The position numbers were made by a program, and so were the translations under genes. Below are positions 13,883 through 26,423 of a stretch of 64,000 nucleotides of DNA, in pieces (position 1 is the first letter of the stretch; every line of letters begins with the position of its first letter). The DNA is from Podospora anserina (taxonomy: Eukaryota), in assembly GCA_017654855.1 (NCBI GenBank), contig CM030335.1, positions 3,410,001-3,474,000 on the forward strand. Reading direction: 5' to 3'. The notes beneath the pieces were generated by a model that worked only from the letters and a program-made list of their open reading frames with translations, was not told the DNA's origin and did not search any database.

Positions 13883-14597
13883 TGTTACAACCCTAGTATA
13901 GGACGGTTATGGGGCTACGGGAATAAAGGGCTAATCGGGAAAACGTATAGGGGAGCTAATTACAGTGAAGGCAGAGTGATTAGTGTGATTAGGGCACTAA
14001 GCAAACTAAGTAGAGTGATTAGTGTGATCAGGGCACTGAGCAGACTAAGTAGAAGTAATTAGTGTAATTAGGGTACTAAGCAGATTAAGCCGAGGTAATT
14101 AGTGGCTTTAAGAGACTAATTACGGCTTAGCATAAGGACTATATATACGGAGGAACTGGTTAGTGTAGATAGATAGTTCCGCAGTATATAATTTAAGCTT
14201 ATATTTACGGTATTTTATATTTACATCGAGATATCTTATTATATACTATTTAGCTGCACCAAACTAATTATTAAAAGTTACTTTTAACCCGTATCCCTTT
14301 TAATAGTTCTATATAGGGGTTCGTCACACGTTATATACTCACTTTAACTCTATTACAGATAAGTTAAAGGTATTAAAATAACGCTATAGCCGGAAACGTT
14401 AGTATTTAAGGAGGCTCGATCCAGCTTACTATCGATTAGCTTCTCGCTCGTATTTAAAAGCTTAAAAATAAGTTACGTCTTTCCTATAATACCTTTATAT
14501 AAAAAAACGTTATACTCTACTAAAAGATTAATACTTTACGTAAGGAGGGAGAGTATATTAAGCTCGAGGTACCCGATCGCTATAGAGGTATAAAAGG
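13883..14597 (+). mobile_element. 5' LTR (13883-14328) and gag start of a second, related Gypsy copy with a different LTR 5' half
   Basis: TGTTACA...TTCGTCACA; the 3' half matches the LTRs of 7161-13878, and the following sequence matches the reverse complement of 13240-13506. Confidence 0.85.
13970..14105 (+). repeat. ~39-40 bp tandem repeat (3 copies plus a partial) inside an LTR
   Basis: AGAGTGATTAGTGTGATCAGGGCACTGAGCAGACTAAGT-like units repeated. Confidence 0.8.
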
Positions 14598-15357
14598 TGT
14601 TAATGTGTAGGTACTACTAAGTGCCCTACTTATTGCCCTACAGATTGATATTACAGTGGGCAGTATTGCTATAAGCAGTAATGGAACTTCCCGGCTTGGA
14701 TCCCTTTAGAATGTTCTTTATAAGGGACCCTTGAAGGCTTACAGGGCTACTGTGGCCTAAGGCTTAGTCAACAGGATACTGGAACTTTCTAAAGTAGTTA
14801 CAGGCTTACGTAGTAAGTCGCTACAATAGCATAATTTATAGGGCACCTCTGCTGCCGAAGGTTCTATGGATTTCCGTGAGTCTACACTAGACCCACCTAA
14901 GCCCACTAAATACCCTAAGTAGTATAGGGGCTTCCAGGGCCTACAGGACCCACAGTAGGCCTACGAAGGCCTATATATAGACCTCTCCTCTCTCCTGTAG
15001 AATAGTTCCTTTCTTTCTTTCCTTAAGGGCAAAAGCTTAAGGCTAAGGCCAAAAGCCAAGGCCAAGGGTAATAAAGGTAATTCTTATTCCTTATACCTTA
15101 CTGTATTATAGTGCTTTACTTTCTTTCGGTACTGCCGTCGTATCCTCTAGCTTCCGCTTGCGCACTGCTGTATTTTATAGTAACCCTGTATAGGTTCTAT
15201 ATTATAGGCTTATTAGGGCTTACCAGCTAACAATAGTGCTTTACCTTCTTTTAGCACTGCCGTCGTATCCTCCCGCTTCCGCTTGCGCACTGCTGTATTT
15301 TACAGCAACCCTGTATAGGTTCTATATTATAGGCCTATTAGGGCTTACCACCTAATA
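14598..15357 (-). mobile_element. LTR family A copy (14598-15232) plus an adjacent partial copy (15233-15357)
   Basis: TGTTAATG...GCTAACA, reverse complement of 15838-16470; the terminal ~125 bp is repeated immediately after. Confidence 0.85.
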
Positions 15358-15837
15358 GTTAATACGGATTATTATTATAATATATTCGTTAATAGTTTTC
15401 GGTTGTTTTATTTAATATAGTTTATTTTTAATTTTTTCTTTAAGCCCGTTATAAAATAATTATATTAACCTTTTATTATTAATTATATTATAAAATATAT
15501 TTATTTTAAATATTATAGTGTAGTCGGTAGTAAATTAAGTTTATTTAAGGTTAGTTAGTTGCTTTTAGGTACGCCTATCCTCGTCGTACTCTCTAAATAC
15601 CTCCTTAATTTTCTTTTTAAAATTTTTATATAATTTAAAATACTTCTTTATAATATCCTTCCTTTCGTCGTATTTATTATCGAAATAGTTTTTTAAAATT
15701 AATTTAAATTAGGTAAGTACTTTATTTTTAAGCCGGGACGTAGTATATATAACCTTAAATTCCTCGTCTGGGAAATAAGAAAGGTAGTATCGAAAGTAAG
15801 CTTTAAGTTAGATTAGGAACCTTTTTAGTTTTCCTTT
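15358..15837 (-). mobile_element. Inverted gag fragment of the second Gypsy copy
   Basis: Colinear with ~12763-13242 of the full-length element. Confidence 0.8.
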
Positions 15838-16470
15838 TATTAGCTGGTAGGCCCTAATAGGCCTATAATATAGAACCTATACAGGGTTGCTGTAAAATAC
15901 AGTAGTGCGTAAGCGGAAGCGGGAGGATACGACGGCAGTGCCGAAGGAAGGTAAAGCACTGTAATATAGTAAGGTATAAAAAATAAGAATTGCCTTTATT
16001 ACCCTTGGCCTTGGCCTTTGGCTTTAGCCTTAAGCTTTTGCCCTTTAAGGAAAGAAAGAAAACTATTTTATAGGAGAGAGGAGAGGTCTATATATAGGCC
16101 TTCGTAAGCCTACTGTGGGTCCTGTAGGCCCTGGAAGCCCCTATACCACTTTGGGGTATTTAGTGGGCTTAGGTGGGTCTAGTGTAGACTCACGGAAATC
16201 TATAGAACCTTCGGCAGTAAAGGTGCCCTGTAAATCACACTATTGTAGCAACTTACTACGTAAGCCTGTAGCCACTTTGGAAGGTTCTAGTATCTATTGA
16301 TTAAGCCTTAGGCCACAGTAGCCCTGTAAGCCTTTAAGGGTCCCTTATAAAGAATATTCTAAAGGGATCCAAGCCGGGAAGTTCCATTACTACTTATAGC
16401 AGTACTGCCCACTGTAATATTAATCTGTAGGGCAGTAAGTAAGGCACTTAGTAGTACCCATATATTAATA
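15838..16470 (+). mobile_element. LTR family A solo-type copy (~633 bp)
   Basis: TATTAGCTGG...ATATTAATA (RIP-mutated TG...CA ends); matches 6670-7160. Confidence 0.85.
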
Positions 16471-16574
16471 GAAGTTAAGCGGGTATAATTAAAAAACTTT
16501 ATATTATTAAATAATTTAGAGTAAAAGAATGCTTTTAAACGATATAATTGTTTAGGAAACGACTTACGGTCCTT

Positions 16575-16942
16575 TGTGACGAACCCCTATATAGAACCTT
16601 TAAAAGGGATATTGGTTAAAGGTAACTTCTAACAATTAGTTCGGTGTAGCTAAATAGTACACAATAAAATATTTTAATATAAATACTAAATACCGTAAAT
16701 ATAAGCTGAATTGCATACTACGGAACTATCTATTTATACTAGCTAGTTCCTCTATATATATAGACCGGTTTATTACTATTATCACTAGTAATAATGTCGA
16801 TTATTACTCGTCGTTCATTAAAGGCTAATAATAATCGTAATTATTACCCTTGGCACTAGTGATAATCCGACTTCCCTACTTTTCCGTTCTAGTAGTTGGA
16901 CCGTCGCGCCCCGCGCTCCCCACTTATGTTAGGTCCGTAATA
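16575..16942 (-). mobile_element. Gypsy LTR (same subtype as 7161-7532)
   Basis: TGTGACGAACCCC...GGTCCGTAATA; preceded by a ~100-bp gag-pol fragment (16471-16574). Confidence 0.85.
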
Positions 16943-18208
16943 TAATTAAATTATTAATATAATAATTTTAAATTAAATTAAGTATTTCGATTATTATATA
17001 GCATCCTATATAAAAGGTAAATACCGATTATTAATCCTCGACGGTTATAAAAATTATTATTCGACCAAATTTAAATATTATTTTTAATAAAATAATATTA
17101 TTATACTTTATAAATTTTTATATTCTTTTTACTTCCTTTAATTATTTAATATTAATTACTTTAAATTATTAAAATAAATATATAATTATTAAATTAAAGA
17201 TTTAATATATATATATATTAATTATATAAGTAAGCTCGAGTTCCTTTATACTTTCCGTAAAGCTTTTTTCGCTTTTATAATAGAAAAAAATATATTAAGT
17301 AGCTTTATAGGTACTAGCTTTATACCGTACGATTTAAAAAAGGTACTTTCTAAATTAAATATTAAGTTTTATACGCTAATACCTTTATACTTACGGCCCA
17401 ATATTATATAACTTTAAGTCTCTTAAATATTATATAACCCTCGAAAAATTAATTTTTAATTAATGTTTATTAAAATTCGTATTATTAATTATTAAAATAA
17501 TTTTCCGACTTTAATATTAATTACTATAAATTAATTTATTAAAAGTATAATAATTATAATATATTAAATAACTCTCTTTCGTATAAAAAATACTATACTC
17601 CGTAAAGCTAACGAGGTACTAAATAAGCGCCGGAGAGCTAAAAGAATACGTGTGCGGCTTAGAGGGTCACTTACTATACAAGAGGCACAGGATCTACTGG
17701 ATTAAAAGGCTGTAAGTAAGCAGGTAATCCAGGAAGATCGATAAAGTAGTGGTGGTACAAGGGAGTCTCGTCCGAAGATTTAGTGCTGTGGCGTGTGCGG
17801 TAAGCCAGGCCATAATGCACGCACCTGCAAGGAGGCTGCAGAATCATTTGATTCATCTGTTTCTAGTTCAATTATTGTGGTTTCCTAGTATTGTGGTTGT
17901 GTAATTGAAGATAGTTGTAGTGGGGTGGTGGAAAGTGTTCGGCTCGCTTGTCTGTTCGGCTCGCTTGTCTGTTCGGCTCGCTTATCATGCACGTTAGCTG
18001 TACAACATCCACAGTTTGTTTGATAGGCTATCTGGCTGCAGTGCGAACGAAGCTCTGCCTTTACCCGTGAAAATCTCTACCAAAGGTGCGAGCTTTGTCC
18101 AGCTCGGTGAAAACACTACGAGTGACAGGAAATCTCCCCAAAAGTTCTCTACTTCCCCCGACAACATGTTTGTCACAGGGCAGACAAGTACAACCATTCG
18201 AGGTGGCA

Positions 18209-19442
18209 ATGATGACACTACTAGCAAGGTCAGAGTTGACTGGTCGACAGCTCATCCGCCCACTGACCACGGTTTACACCCCATCACACAATTGCAGATT
18301 TGGCTTTGTCGAATCTGGGAATAGCGATGCATCGACCACCACTCTTGACACCATCGGCTATGCCTATGGAAGCGATTGTCTCGGCATCAGGTCATGTCTG
18401 CCGAGCATGCCAACAGCAGTCCGGCGAGACTTCTACTCGCCCGGTCTCTACTGTCCGATGGGATGGGAAAGGGCGACAAAGATCACCCATGGGATGACCG
18501 ACAGTGTTCGAGCAATCAACATCCTTCGAGCTCTTTCCACAGACGAAACAGCTGCGTTCTGCTGTCCATCGTGAGTCTCACGGTCCAGAAACTCCGCCAG
18601 CCGGGGTTCACCCGCTAACCATGATGACTCGAAATAGCGGATTTACCTTTAGCTACACCGTCTGGTCCTCAACCGACGCCCTCCCTTACTGCGCGTCAAC
18701 CATGATACAGGGGACCTTTACCTATTGGACCTGCAACCCTCGAGGCTACAGTCTTGAACAAAGGTTACGAGTGGGCGGGACAGTTACCCTGTCGGCAATC
18801 ACCTCCGAGCGCCCTGCCGTACAAGCAACTATCACGATGGAATCTCTTCCCAATGTCTGTGGGAGACAAAACATGGATGCGATCAACCCTAGCACTCAGG
18901 CTCCAACCTTGGTGGTTTCGTCAGCTATCACCCGCGCGCCTGCCATCCAGCTCGTCTGGCGCTCTATCGACCTCCCCGCGGCAGCAAATAACGGAACACC
19001 AAACGGCAATTCTCCCTCGGTCAACACCGCCGGGGTAGTGGTGGGCGCTACTCTTGGTGCTGTGGTTGCGATATCCCTCATTGTGTTTGTAATCTGGCTC
19101 TGGTGCAGGAAAAAGAAAGAAAAGTCTGGCACTGTGTACGAAATTACGGAGAACACTGGAAACGTCGATGAGAGCAAAGCTCAATCAGAATTGGCAACTG
19201 GAAGTGCTGTCGTAGAGCTGTCCACAGCTGGCAGTCCCGAATTACCTGCCAGTCCAATAACACTGCGCAATGCTGATGCTTCTGATGGTTTGTTTAGGGT
19301 GGTGGTGCCAACCGGTAGAGCGGGGACTGATAGCAGACCGTCAGTAGCGTATGAGCTGGACTCTGAGCTCGACCGGCGCGATGTCGGCGCCAAGTCTATG
19401 TCTGAAGGACATAATGTTCCAACCACGGGCAGACTAGAATAA
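18209..19442 (+). CDS. Single-pass membrane protein with Cys-containing extracellular region (fungal family of unknown function); one intron ~18571-18637
   Basis: PLTTVYTP, SCLP, FYSPGLYCPMGW and ETAAFCCPS-intron-GFTF motifs; TM segment GVVVGATLGAVVAISLIVFVIWLWC followed by RKKK; cytoplasmic tail with ELAT/ELST/ELPA/ELDS repeats. Confidence 0.75.
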
Positions 19443-19989
19443 CTACACCCTTCATCTACAGAGAACTACACAACGTAGGTATATTTTCTTTCCACGTGAG
19501 TCTCTCTTGTGAATAGCCTATGACTGGTATTAAACGAAGGTAATATAATGTCTGACTATCTGCGGTACGAGATTCCAATTTGAACCATCATCTACACGTC
19601 TCTGAGCCTTGCTGGCTACACACAGTAAAGGTAGTCCTTGATGACCTTGCCTTTTTGAATTTTGCCCACCTGGAGCCACTTGTGTCTAAGGTACCTATGT
19701 AGCACTGCTTTGTTAAGGTCGTGAAGTGCTAATATCTGTGAGGGAACAGTAACATCAACGCCATTGCATGCGCCATACCTACCTATGTACCTGCTATTGT
19801 TACCTGGTGCGTTACGTTGTACCTGTGCAGCCAGCCAAAGTCAAGAGGCCGATGCTGCGGATAAAGATACCAACCTATTAACCCCCGCCACCGCCATCCC
19901 AGAAAAGCCCACCAATTTAATACAACAACGCACACTGCCTGTCTGCTCTGATAATTCTCTCCCTCCCATAGCTCCGCAGGCTATACGAG

Positions 19990-21000
19990 CTATTTGCCCG
20001 GACGAATCAATTGTTAGTAATCATCCTGCCGCTTCTGATCTAGTAATATCTAACCCCAAATATAAATATATATTTTGTTGTTTTTCTAGGGTCTTTCCTT
20101 ACGGTACTTCTGGTCCATCTGGGCGTTTTTGTTTATAGAAATTCGATCGGGCTTTCTAAATATAAGATAAGCGAGCCTATGAAGACTCTTAAGGAGGTAA
20201 AGGCTATTAAGGAACCGTTTACGAATAAAGGAATCGCGAGTATAATCAACCTTGAAGACGTCGTTTAAGAACGTTTTGATAGAGAATTTTATAGAAAACG
20301 CTTTAATAAGTGGATCTATCTAAAGCAGGATATTATCCAGATAGTGTTAGAACTACTTCGTTCTGTGCGGGTAGAAGAGAAGTAATATATCGGTCTCTGG
20401 ATCCCCGCTGTTATTCCGCTAGATTTATCCCTTTATAGTGATATTATAGTCGGAGGGAGGTTCGTCTTTTAGTAGAGCCCCGCCACAGTTAGACCAGAAA
20501 ATCACTTCGATATACTACGGTTAATCACAATAGCGCTCCCTGTCGAGTACTATTTACCGCGCTATATATAGTAATCGCAGCCACTCGATATTACATGATT
20601 ATACTCCTCATAGCTAACGGTCTTAGTATAGTAGTATATATTCCTTACCTAAAACAGCTTATATATTACTATGACGCTTGCCGGGCCCGCATACGTAAAA
20701 TCTATCTTATATAGCTATAAAAACTCTCGGTATATTTAAAATATGTTTTAAAGAAATTGTTGCTTGTAGGAATAGATTTAGCGTTTATTTTTGAATATAT
20801 ATTTAATGAGGGATTGGTCTAGGATAGGTTAAACGACGGTCGTATAAGTTGGCTAGCGTAACCACGGACTAGTAGGTTAACGTAATTTAGATGCTTAATA
20901 TCTTGATATATACCGAATCCGGTATAATAAACTCGATCCCGTTCGGTCGTCATGCTATCCTATTTAGTAGCCTCCTAAATATAGAAGGCATCTTAAGAGC
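19990..21000. pseudogene. RIP-degraded gene-like remnant next to a solo LTR
   Basis: TpA-rich and CpA/TpG-poor, with many stops; no recognisable family. Confidence 0.35.
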
Positions 21001-21061
21001 GAGAGAGCTGGTGACAGTATGAAAAGAGTGTAAGAAGAAGTGGGTAAGAGAGAGGACATGT

Positions 21062-21503
21062 TGTCACAGTTAACCCAACGGCAGGTCGCGCCACATGTGG
21101 GGCGCAGGTCGCCCCTAGCCAATCATTCAGGAAGTCAGGGAACAAGCCGATCAGGGCTAGGCAAAAGTGCTATGGCGCCAAGGCTCACGAGCAGTCTGCA
21201 GGATGCAAGATGCTAGGGATGATCAGAGGCATAGCACGACGAGCACAATGCAGATGCAATGTGCTAGGAGTGATCGGGCCCATAGCAGGGCGAGCACCTC
21301 ACGGCCCCAAGGTCTATATATACGGAGGAACTGGCTGGTGTAGATAGACAGTTCCGCAGTATGCAATTCAAGCTTGTATTCACGGTAGCTAGTGTTTACA
21401 TTGAGACATCTTGTTGTGCACTGTTTAGCTGCACCGAACCAATTGTCAGAAGTTACCTTCAACCAGTATCCCTTTCAGAGGTTCTGTACAGGGGTTCGTC
21501 ACA
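21062..21503 (+). mobile_element. Solo LTR (442 bp), Gypsy family with a third variant 5' half; little RIP damage
   Basis: TGTCACAG...TTCGTCACA with 5-bp TSD CATGT/TATGT; 3' half from TATATATACGGAGGAACTGG is shared with the LTRs at 7161, 13507, 13883 and 16575. Confidence 0.92.
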
Positions 21504-22679
21504 TATGTTGATTTTAAGTAGGAACGAGCCCTGTACTTTAAATTACCGACATGTTAACTATATTTAGTTTTGGGAACAAAAGGTGTGAGGGATCAGCTAC
21601 GCAATATTGCCGGACGTTATGTGTATGACAAAGTTGCCTTGGTTGAACTCGGATACCAGCCGGATTGATGTATATCGAGGGCTATATTCGTTATATTTAT
21701 GGATAGTTTCAGTCTCTTAAGTTCGTCAATCTAATCAAAGACTTACTCACTAGTTTTAACGTTATCCCTATCTAATTTATAACGATTAAGCTTTGGGCCA
21801 AATGTTGATACGTTGACGGAACCACACGTGGAATAAAACGCAAACATCGCCAAAAGCGCGGCCGGTGCCATCACTATCCATGACCAATACCTTGTTGCTT
21901 TGCAGACCGTTTCATTGGGCTTAAATGCCGCTCAAATGGCGGTTCACACATTGTAGGCGTAGAAGGGAGCGGCCCCAAGCCTGGCAAAGTCAAATTTAAT
22001 TCCTTGGGAAATTTGCCAGCATCCGACACTGACGAGAACAGCCTCACTCATTATCACTAAACAAAAGAATACCATCCCCCATTTTGGGCTCGTGAGTGTA
22101 AAATGTAGTTCGGTAATCCGCAGCCCTGTCATAAGCTACTGATAGGGTTTCACTGGCGGGTGGCTGAAAAATGGGTCAAAATGTGAAGCGGCTTGCAAGC
22201 AGCTTTACCTTATCATCGTAATAAAATAATATAAGTCTTTTTTTAAAAGAAAATCTTAGGGTTTTTTAACTATTCTAATTTTTTAAACTACATCAAGAAA
22301 ATTGTATTAGGGATATTATTAGTAATATTAAAATATCGATTTTACAAGAAAGAAGTAAATCATGAAAAGAAAACTCAAGTATATTTCTTATAAAGCACAA
22401 AATCGTTTATTTAATTACATTTCTAATTTTAGCTTTAGGCAAGTTTAACCGTAGTAGCGGAATGGGCCCGAAACATCGCTACGATTAACACATCCCCGGC
22501 ATAGGGTAGCACACCCCTGCACAGGCCAAAGCCGGTGCAGCACCGGTTCACTTACGAAGAAGGTGATTCTTAAAGTCGACATTCGGAACAGGAACTTATC
22601 TGTTATTTCAGCTCGTCTGGCGACAGGCTCATATTGATGGGCACGTGGCTAATACGGTGGATGACTCGGTCCTAAAGCT

Positions 22680-23250
22680 TCCAGCTGGAGCAATCGCGGG
22701 TCTTATCGTGAGATTACTGATCCTCTATTGCGTCAGTCATTGTGGGCTTGTGGTTATATATCAGCAAGCGGAGGGGGTTTCGACAACATGCTGTCCCCGC
22801 ACCAGCTTTGGAGATACATGACGGAAGCCTGGACGTTACGACAGCATGCAACCAAGCAACGGACCAAGAGACCGTTACCCCTGATAGCAAACCCGAGCTT
22901 GACGCAATCACCACTGCTCGAGTCAGCGGACCCATCAGAACTCCCAGCTACGCCATTGGTGGCGCAAACTTCTGTCGAGCTCATGTCCAGTGATAGTCTT
23001 GTCATTAGACATGAACTTGATACGCAATTCGTACATGAGCCTGTTCATGATGCAACAACCTCTGAAAATGGCGGTACAATAGGTCAGATTGCATCGGTTG
23101 TGGACTTGATCAGCTCGCAGATGGTTTCGCCTCTTTCTACGATGAGCTCCGCACATCTCACTCCCACCTCTCCCAATCTCCAGCGCTCGTGTTGGATCTA
23201 TGGAAGACCCTGAGCAGGAGAACAAAAGTAAGCCTGAGGAGCACTGATGG
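22680..23250 (+). pseudogene. Frameshifted C-terminal fragment of a single-pass membrane protein
   Basis: AGAIAGLIV / SVIVGLWLYISKRR TM-like segment and KPELDA, ELPA, ELDT tail motifs spread over different frames; no 5' part seen. Confidence 0.45.
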
Positions 23251-23377
23251 TATACGACGTAGACAGAATGAGCGAATATTGCGAATATGGGGTGATTCCA
23301 ACTGGTGCAGTAATATGATTTAACTTTACAATACCTAAGCATCATTAACAGACATAATACCGCATACAACACCACCC

Positions 23378-25579
23378 TCACACATCAACCTTGACACCCT
23401 CTCCATCACTACTAAAAATCTTCTTCATATGACTCGTCGCATAAGGGTTACTCATCGGTATACTCACCCCCTGTTCCTCCCCCACATCCACCCCTCCCCT
23501 CCTCACCTCCCAAATCTCCCTTCTCCCACTCCTATACTCCCCCAACGGCCCCTCCAGCTCCCCCCAAGCCTTAACCGCATGCGCCTCCACAACAGGCGTC
23601 CAAACCCCCCTATCCACCATCGAACCCCTAAACCCCTCATAATCCCCCACCCCCCTATCCCCCAACATCTCCACCATAAACCGAAAGAAAAACTCCTCGC
23701 TCTCCGGATTCTGACTACTAGCAATCAACAGCACGAACCCCACCCACGTCTCAATCCCTATCCTCTTCAAGTTCGGTGACAGCTCAGCATCAGTAAAATG
23801 ATGCCTCAAACGTGGCATGATCCCCGGTAGAGGAGAGCAAGCGGCGTGAGCACCGTTGCCAACGAAGAAGGTGAAGACAAAGAGGCATATAGCAATGACG
23901 TTTTCTGTCGCGGAGAGGGCTGTTTCCGCGCGGAGGATGAAGTGGATCAGCTCCCCTAAACCGATGGACATCAGGTTCTGGATGTCGAGGGCGTCCCATT
24001 GGCTTGTTGGGCGGGATATGTACCATGCTAATGCGTCACGGAGGAGACAGTCGAGGGTGGTGATGTGGTTGATTAGATCGCGTGATACCCCGAGAGTGGC
24101 GCATGCGGTTGCCATTGCTGAGCCAGCTTGGTAGAATGGGGAGGAATGTGGGTAGTTGTAGAGATTTTTGAGGAGGCCGTGAGGTAAGAGGTGGGAGGCG
24201 GCGAAAGTGTGGTCGGAGAGATGGGCAGCAGAGAGCTCGTTTCTGTTTGTGGGTTGGTAGAGGTATTGGCCTGGATGGGATGGAGGAGGCAGGCTGAAGA
24301 CGAGGCGGCAGGCTAGGGAGGTGCACACCCATCTGATGATGAAGGCCTGGAGACCCTTCATTCCGTCAAGACGGGCTATGCCTCCGCGCAAGAACAGCAT
24401 TCTCTTCAGCCCCGCCAGATGGGCCTGGCGCTGGGAGACGTCTGGTTGGAGGTGCTTCCATGCTGGGTGGTCTCTCAGTGAGTCGCCAGCGTAGAGAAAC
24501 AGGTTCTCCTCGATGCAGAGCATCTGGAAGACTGTGGCAATGTTCTCGTCGCTCAAGGCCCGCGATGGGTCAGCCAGGGCAGCCTGAATGTGGGAGATGG
24601 CTTGGATGCGGTGGTGCATGAACTGCTCCAGTAACATTGGGGACTTGTGAGGCTGGGCCACAGCCAGCTGCAGGGCTGAAAGGCACAAGATTCCATGCAG
24701 AAAGCCAGAGTTCCCAAAGGAGACTGTCACCCAGTACTTTTCCGCCTCGGGGGACTGGTCACCCGTCAAAGGTGTGAGAGTCTTGATGATCACCGTGTTG
24801 ACTACAGGAAAGTCATAATGTCAGCTAGAGGTCGTCGCTAAAGTTTGAAGTCCGTCCCGACCCACACGCGCTGGCAGTCTGTTGGGCTCAAGACGACGCT
24901 AAGCACAGCAAGGTACCTCGTCGCATGTATGAGCACGGGGTTACTTACAATACGCCAGCAAATCAGTATCCCGTTGGCCCATTCTTACTGACACAGTGCC
25001 AAAAGGATCCAACCGACCACTCAGTGTTTGTGCTTGGGACACCAGGGTGGCCCCAGCTTGACAGATGCATAGGCCAACGGTGTATCCGCAATGAACACAC
25101 TCTACATGATCGGAAACGTTATTGGCATGGTGTTCTTGGAATTTCGCACCAAATCTGCCATTCGAACTCGTTGGTTTGGACTGCCCTGGCTTCACACCAG
25201 CAGTCGGACGTTGTCTTTTCGAGACACCACCCTTGCCTCGCTTCGGCTTCGGATTCCCGTCGTCCTGAATCCGCTGGGGAGCAACAGCTACGGGCACCTC
25301 CTCTGCGATCCCCGCACTGTGCTTACCATCAAACAGTGTGTTGGTAGCTGGAGCACCATCTGGGCTGTCAGAACCGCTACTGTTACTGCTGGCAGTCGCG
25401 TTTGGGGAGTCGTCAGAGCCGAAGGGAGCACGTTTTCGGCCGGCCTTGCTCTTGGTCGACCATGGCTGAGCAGCTCTAGCCTTCCTGATAACAAAGGCAC
25501 GACCTGTGGTAGAGATCTTGTGTCCGGCACTGGACTTGTTGCCAGAATTGACGAACAAGAACTCCTTAACAACGGCCAT
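23378..25579 (-). CDS. Fungal-specific transcription-factor-domain protein (~684 aa; exons 25579-24949 and 24801-23378)
   Basis: N-terminal KEFLFVNS...RAFV.RK and SGRLDPF motifs; exon 2 FLHGILCLSA, HRIQAI.I.AL.DP...SD.NIA and H.GL.RML.LRGG; GT..AG intron 24948-24802 keeps frame. Confidence 0.8.
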
Positions 25580-26076
25580 GTTGTCGCTGTAGTGCTTTGG
25601 TGACTGTTTCTTCTCCCCCGTTACAGTTTGAGTACCGAAACGCAAATACAACGGGGTAAACCGCTTCCCGAAAAAGGCAAATGATAACGGTGTTTTTGAA
25701 GATATCGGAGATTGAGAGGCCGTGGTGGTTTTGGGGATGGACAAAGTTTCAGTTGTGGGTTCTAATGAGATGGAAAGGCTAGCGGTGAGATGCCAAGCAT
25801 GCTCAGTCATGTCCATAATTATCATTCTCCTCTTTAGGCATGGTGTTGCTGGGCATAAGCTGTTGTGTAACAGCGGCTGATGGGGGCGTGATGCTGTGGG
25901 ATAACCCTTACCCAGTTTTCTGTAAAGCACAGAACCCAGACCACCCTCTGCACCACGAACCCAGATTATTCAAGATCGGAACACCCAACACATCTGGATC
26001 AAAAAAGGACGATGTCCCGACTGGCTTGAAAAGAGCTCGGGTCATTAGACAGTGAGGTGAAAAAGGCAAAAGGTAA

Positions 26077-26179
26077 TGGGAACTGTGAGGCTCGAACTCA
26101 CGACCTCAGGATTACTCTGATGTTAAACCAGATCATACAGTGTATGAGACCTGCGCTCTTCCAACTGAGCCAAGCTCCC
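26077..26179 (-). tRNA. tRNA-Met(CAT), elongator type, with intron
   Basis: GGGAGCTTGGCTCAGTTGGAAGAGCGCAGGTCTCATA-[intron]-ATCCTGAGGTCGTGAGTTCGAGCCTCACAGTTCCCA; downstream T-runs. Confidence 0.93.
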
Positions 26180-26423
26180 TGTCAACTTCTGCTTCACCGC
26201 GGCAGAATTACCTCCTAACACAAACCCAGCCAGACAAAGAAAAAATCTCCGCATATCGATGTTGGCAAGGCTGTTGATCAAGAGAGGTTCCTTTGTAAGT
26301 TTACACAAGCAATAGACCCTAGTGATGTTGTAGACGGTGAAAAAACTTTGTCATGGTGATGGGGAAAGACTTCATTACTGGTGTATTACTTCGTTCTGGG
26401 AATGTTGTCAAAGTGCGCCTAAC

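Larger units (their letters stand above)
6416..17994 (+). mobile_element. RIP-degraded pogo/Fot1-like (Tc1/mariner) DNA transposon, split by nested LTR elements
   Basis: TIRs ACGTGCGTGATAAGCGAGCCGAA (6416) and TTCGGCTCGCTTATCATGCACGT (17994), each flanked by TA. Transposase relics: HTH-like ILALEAIKNDPNFSLRRA (~6545-6600), DDE motif KGKYRLLILDG (~17010-17045), C-terminal CGVCGKPGHNARTC (~17785-17830). Confidence 0.92.

Noticed and set aside
13970-14105. Regular repeats resembling a CRISPR array
   Set aside because: Head-to-tail repeats without unique spacers, inside a fungal LTR
16115-16300. 61-aa ORF
   Set aside because: Lies within an LTR; chance ORF
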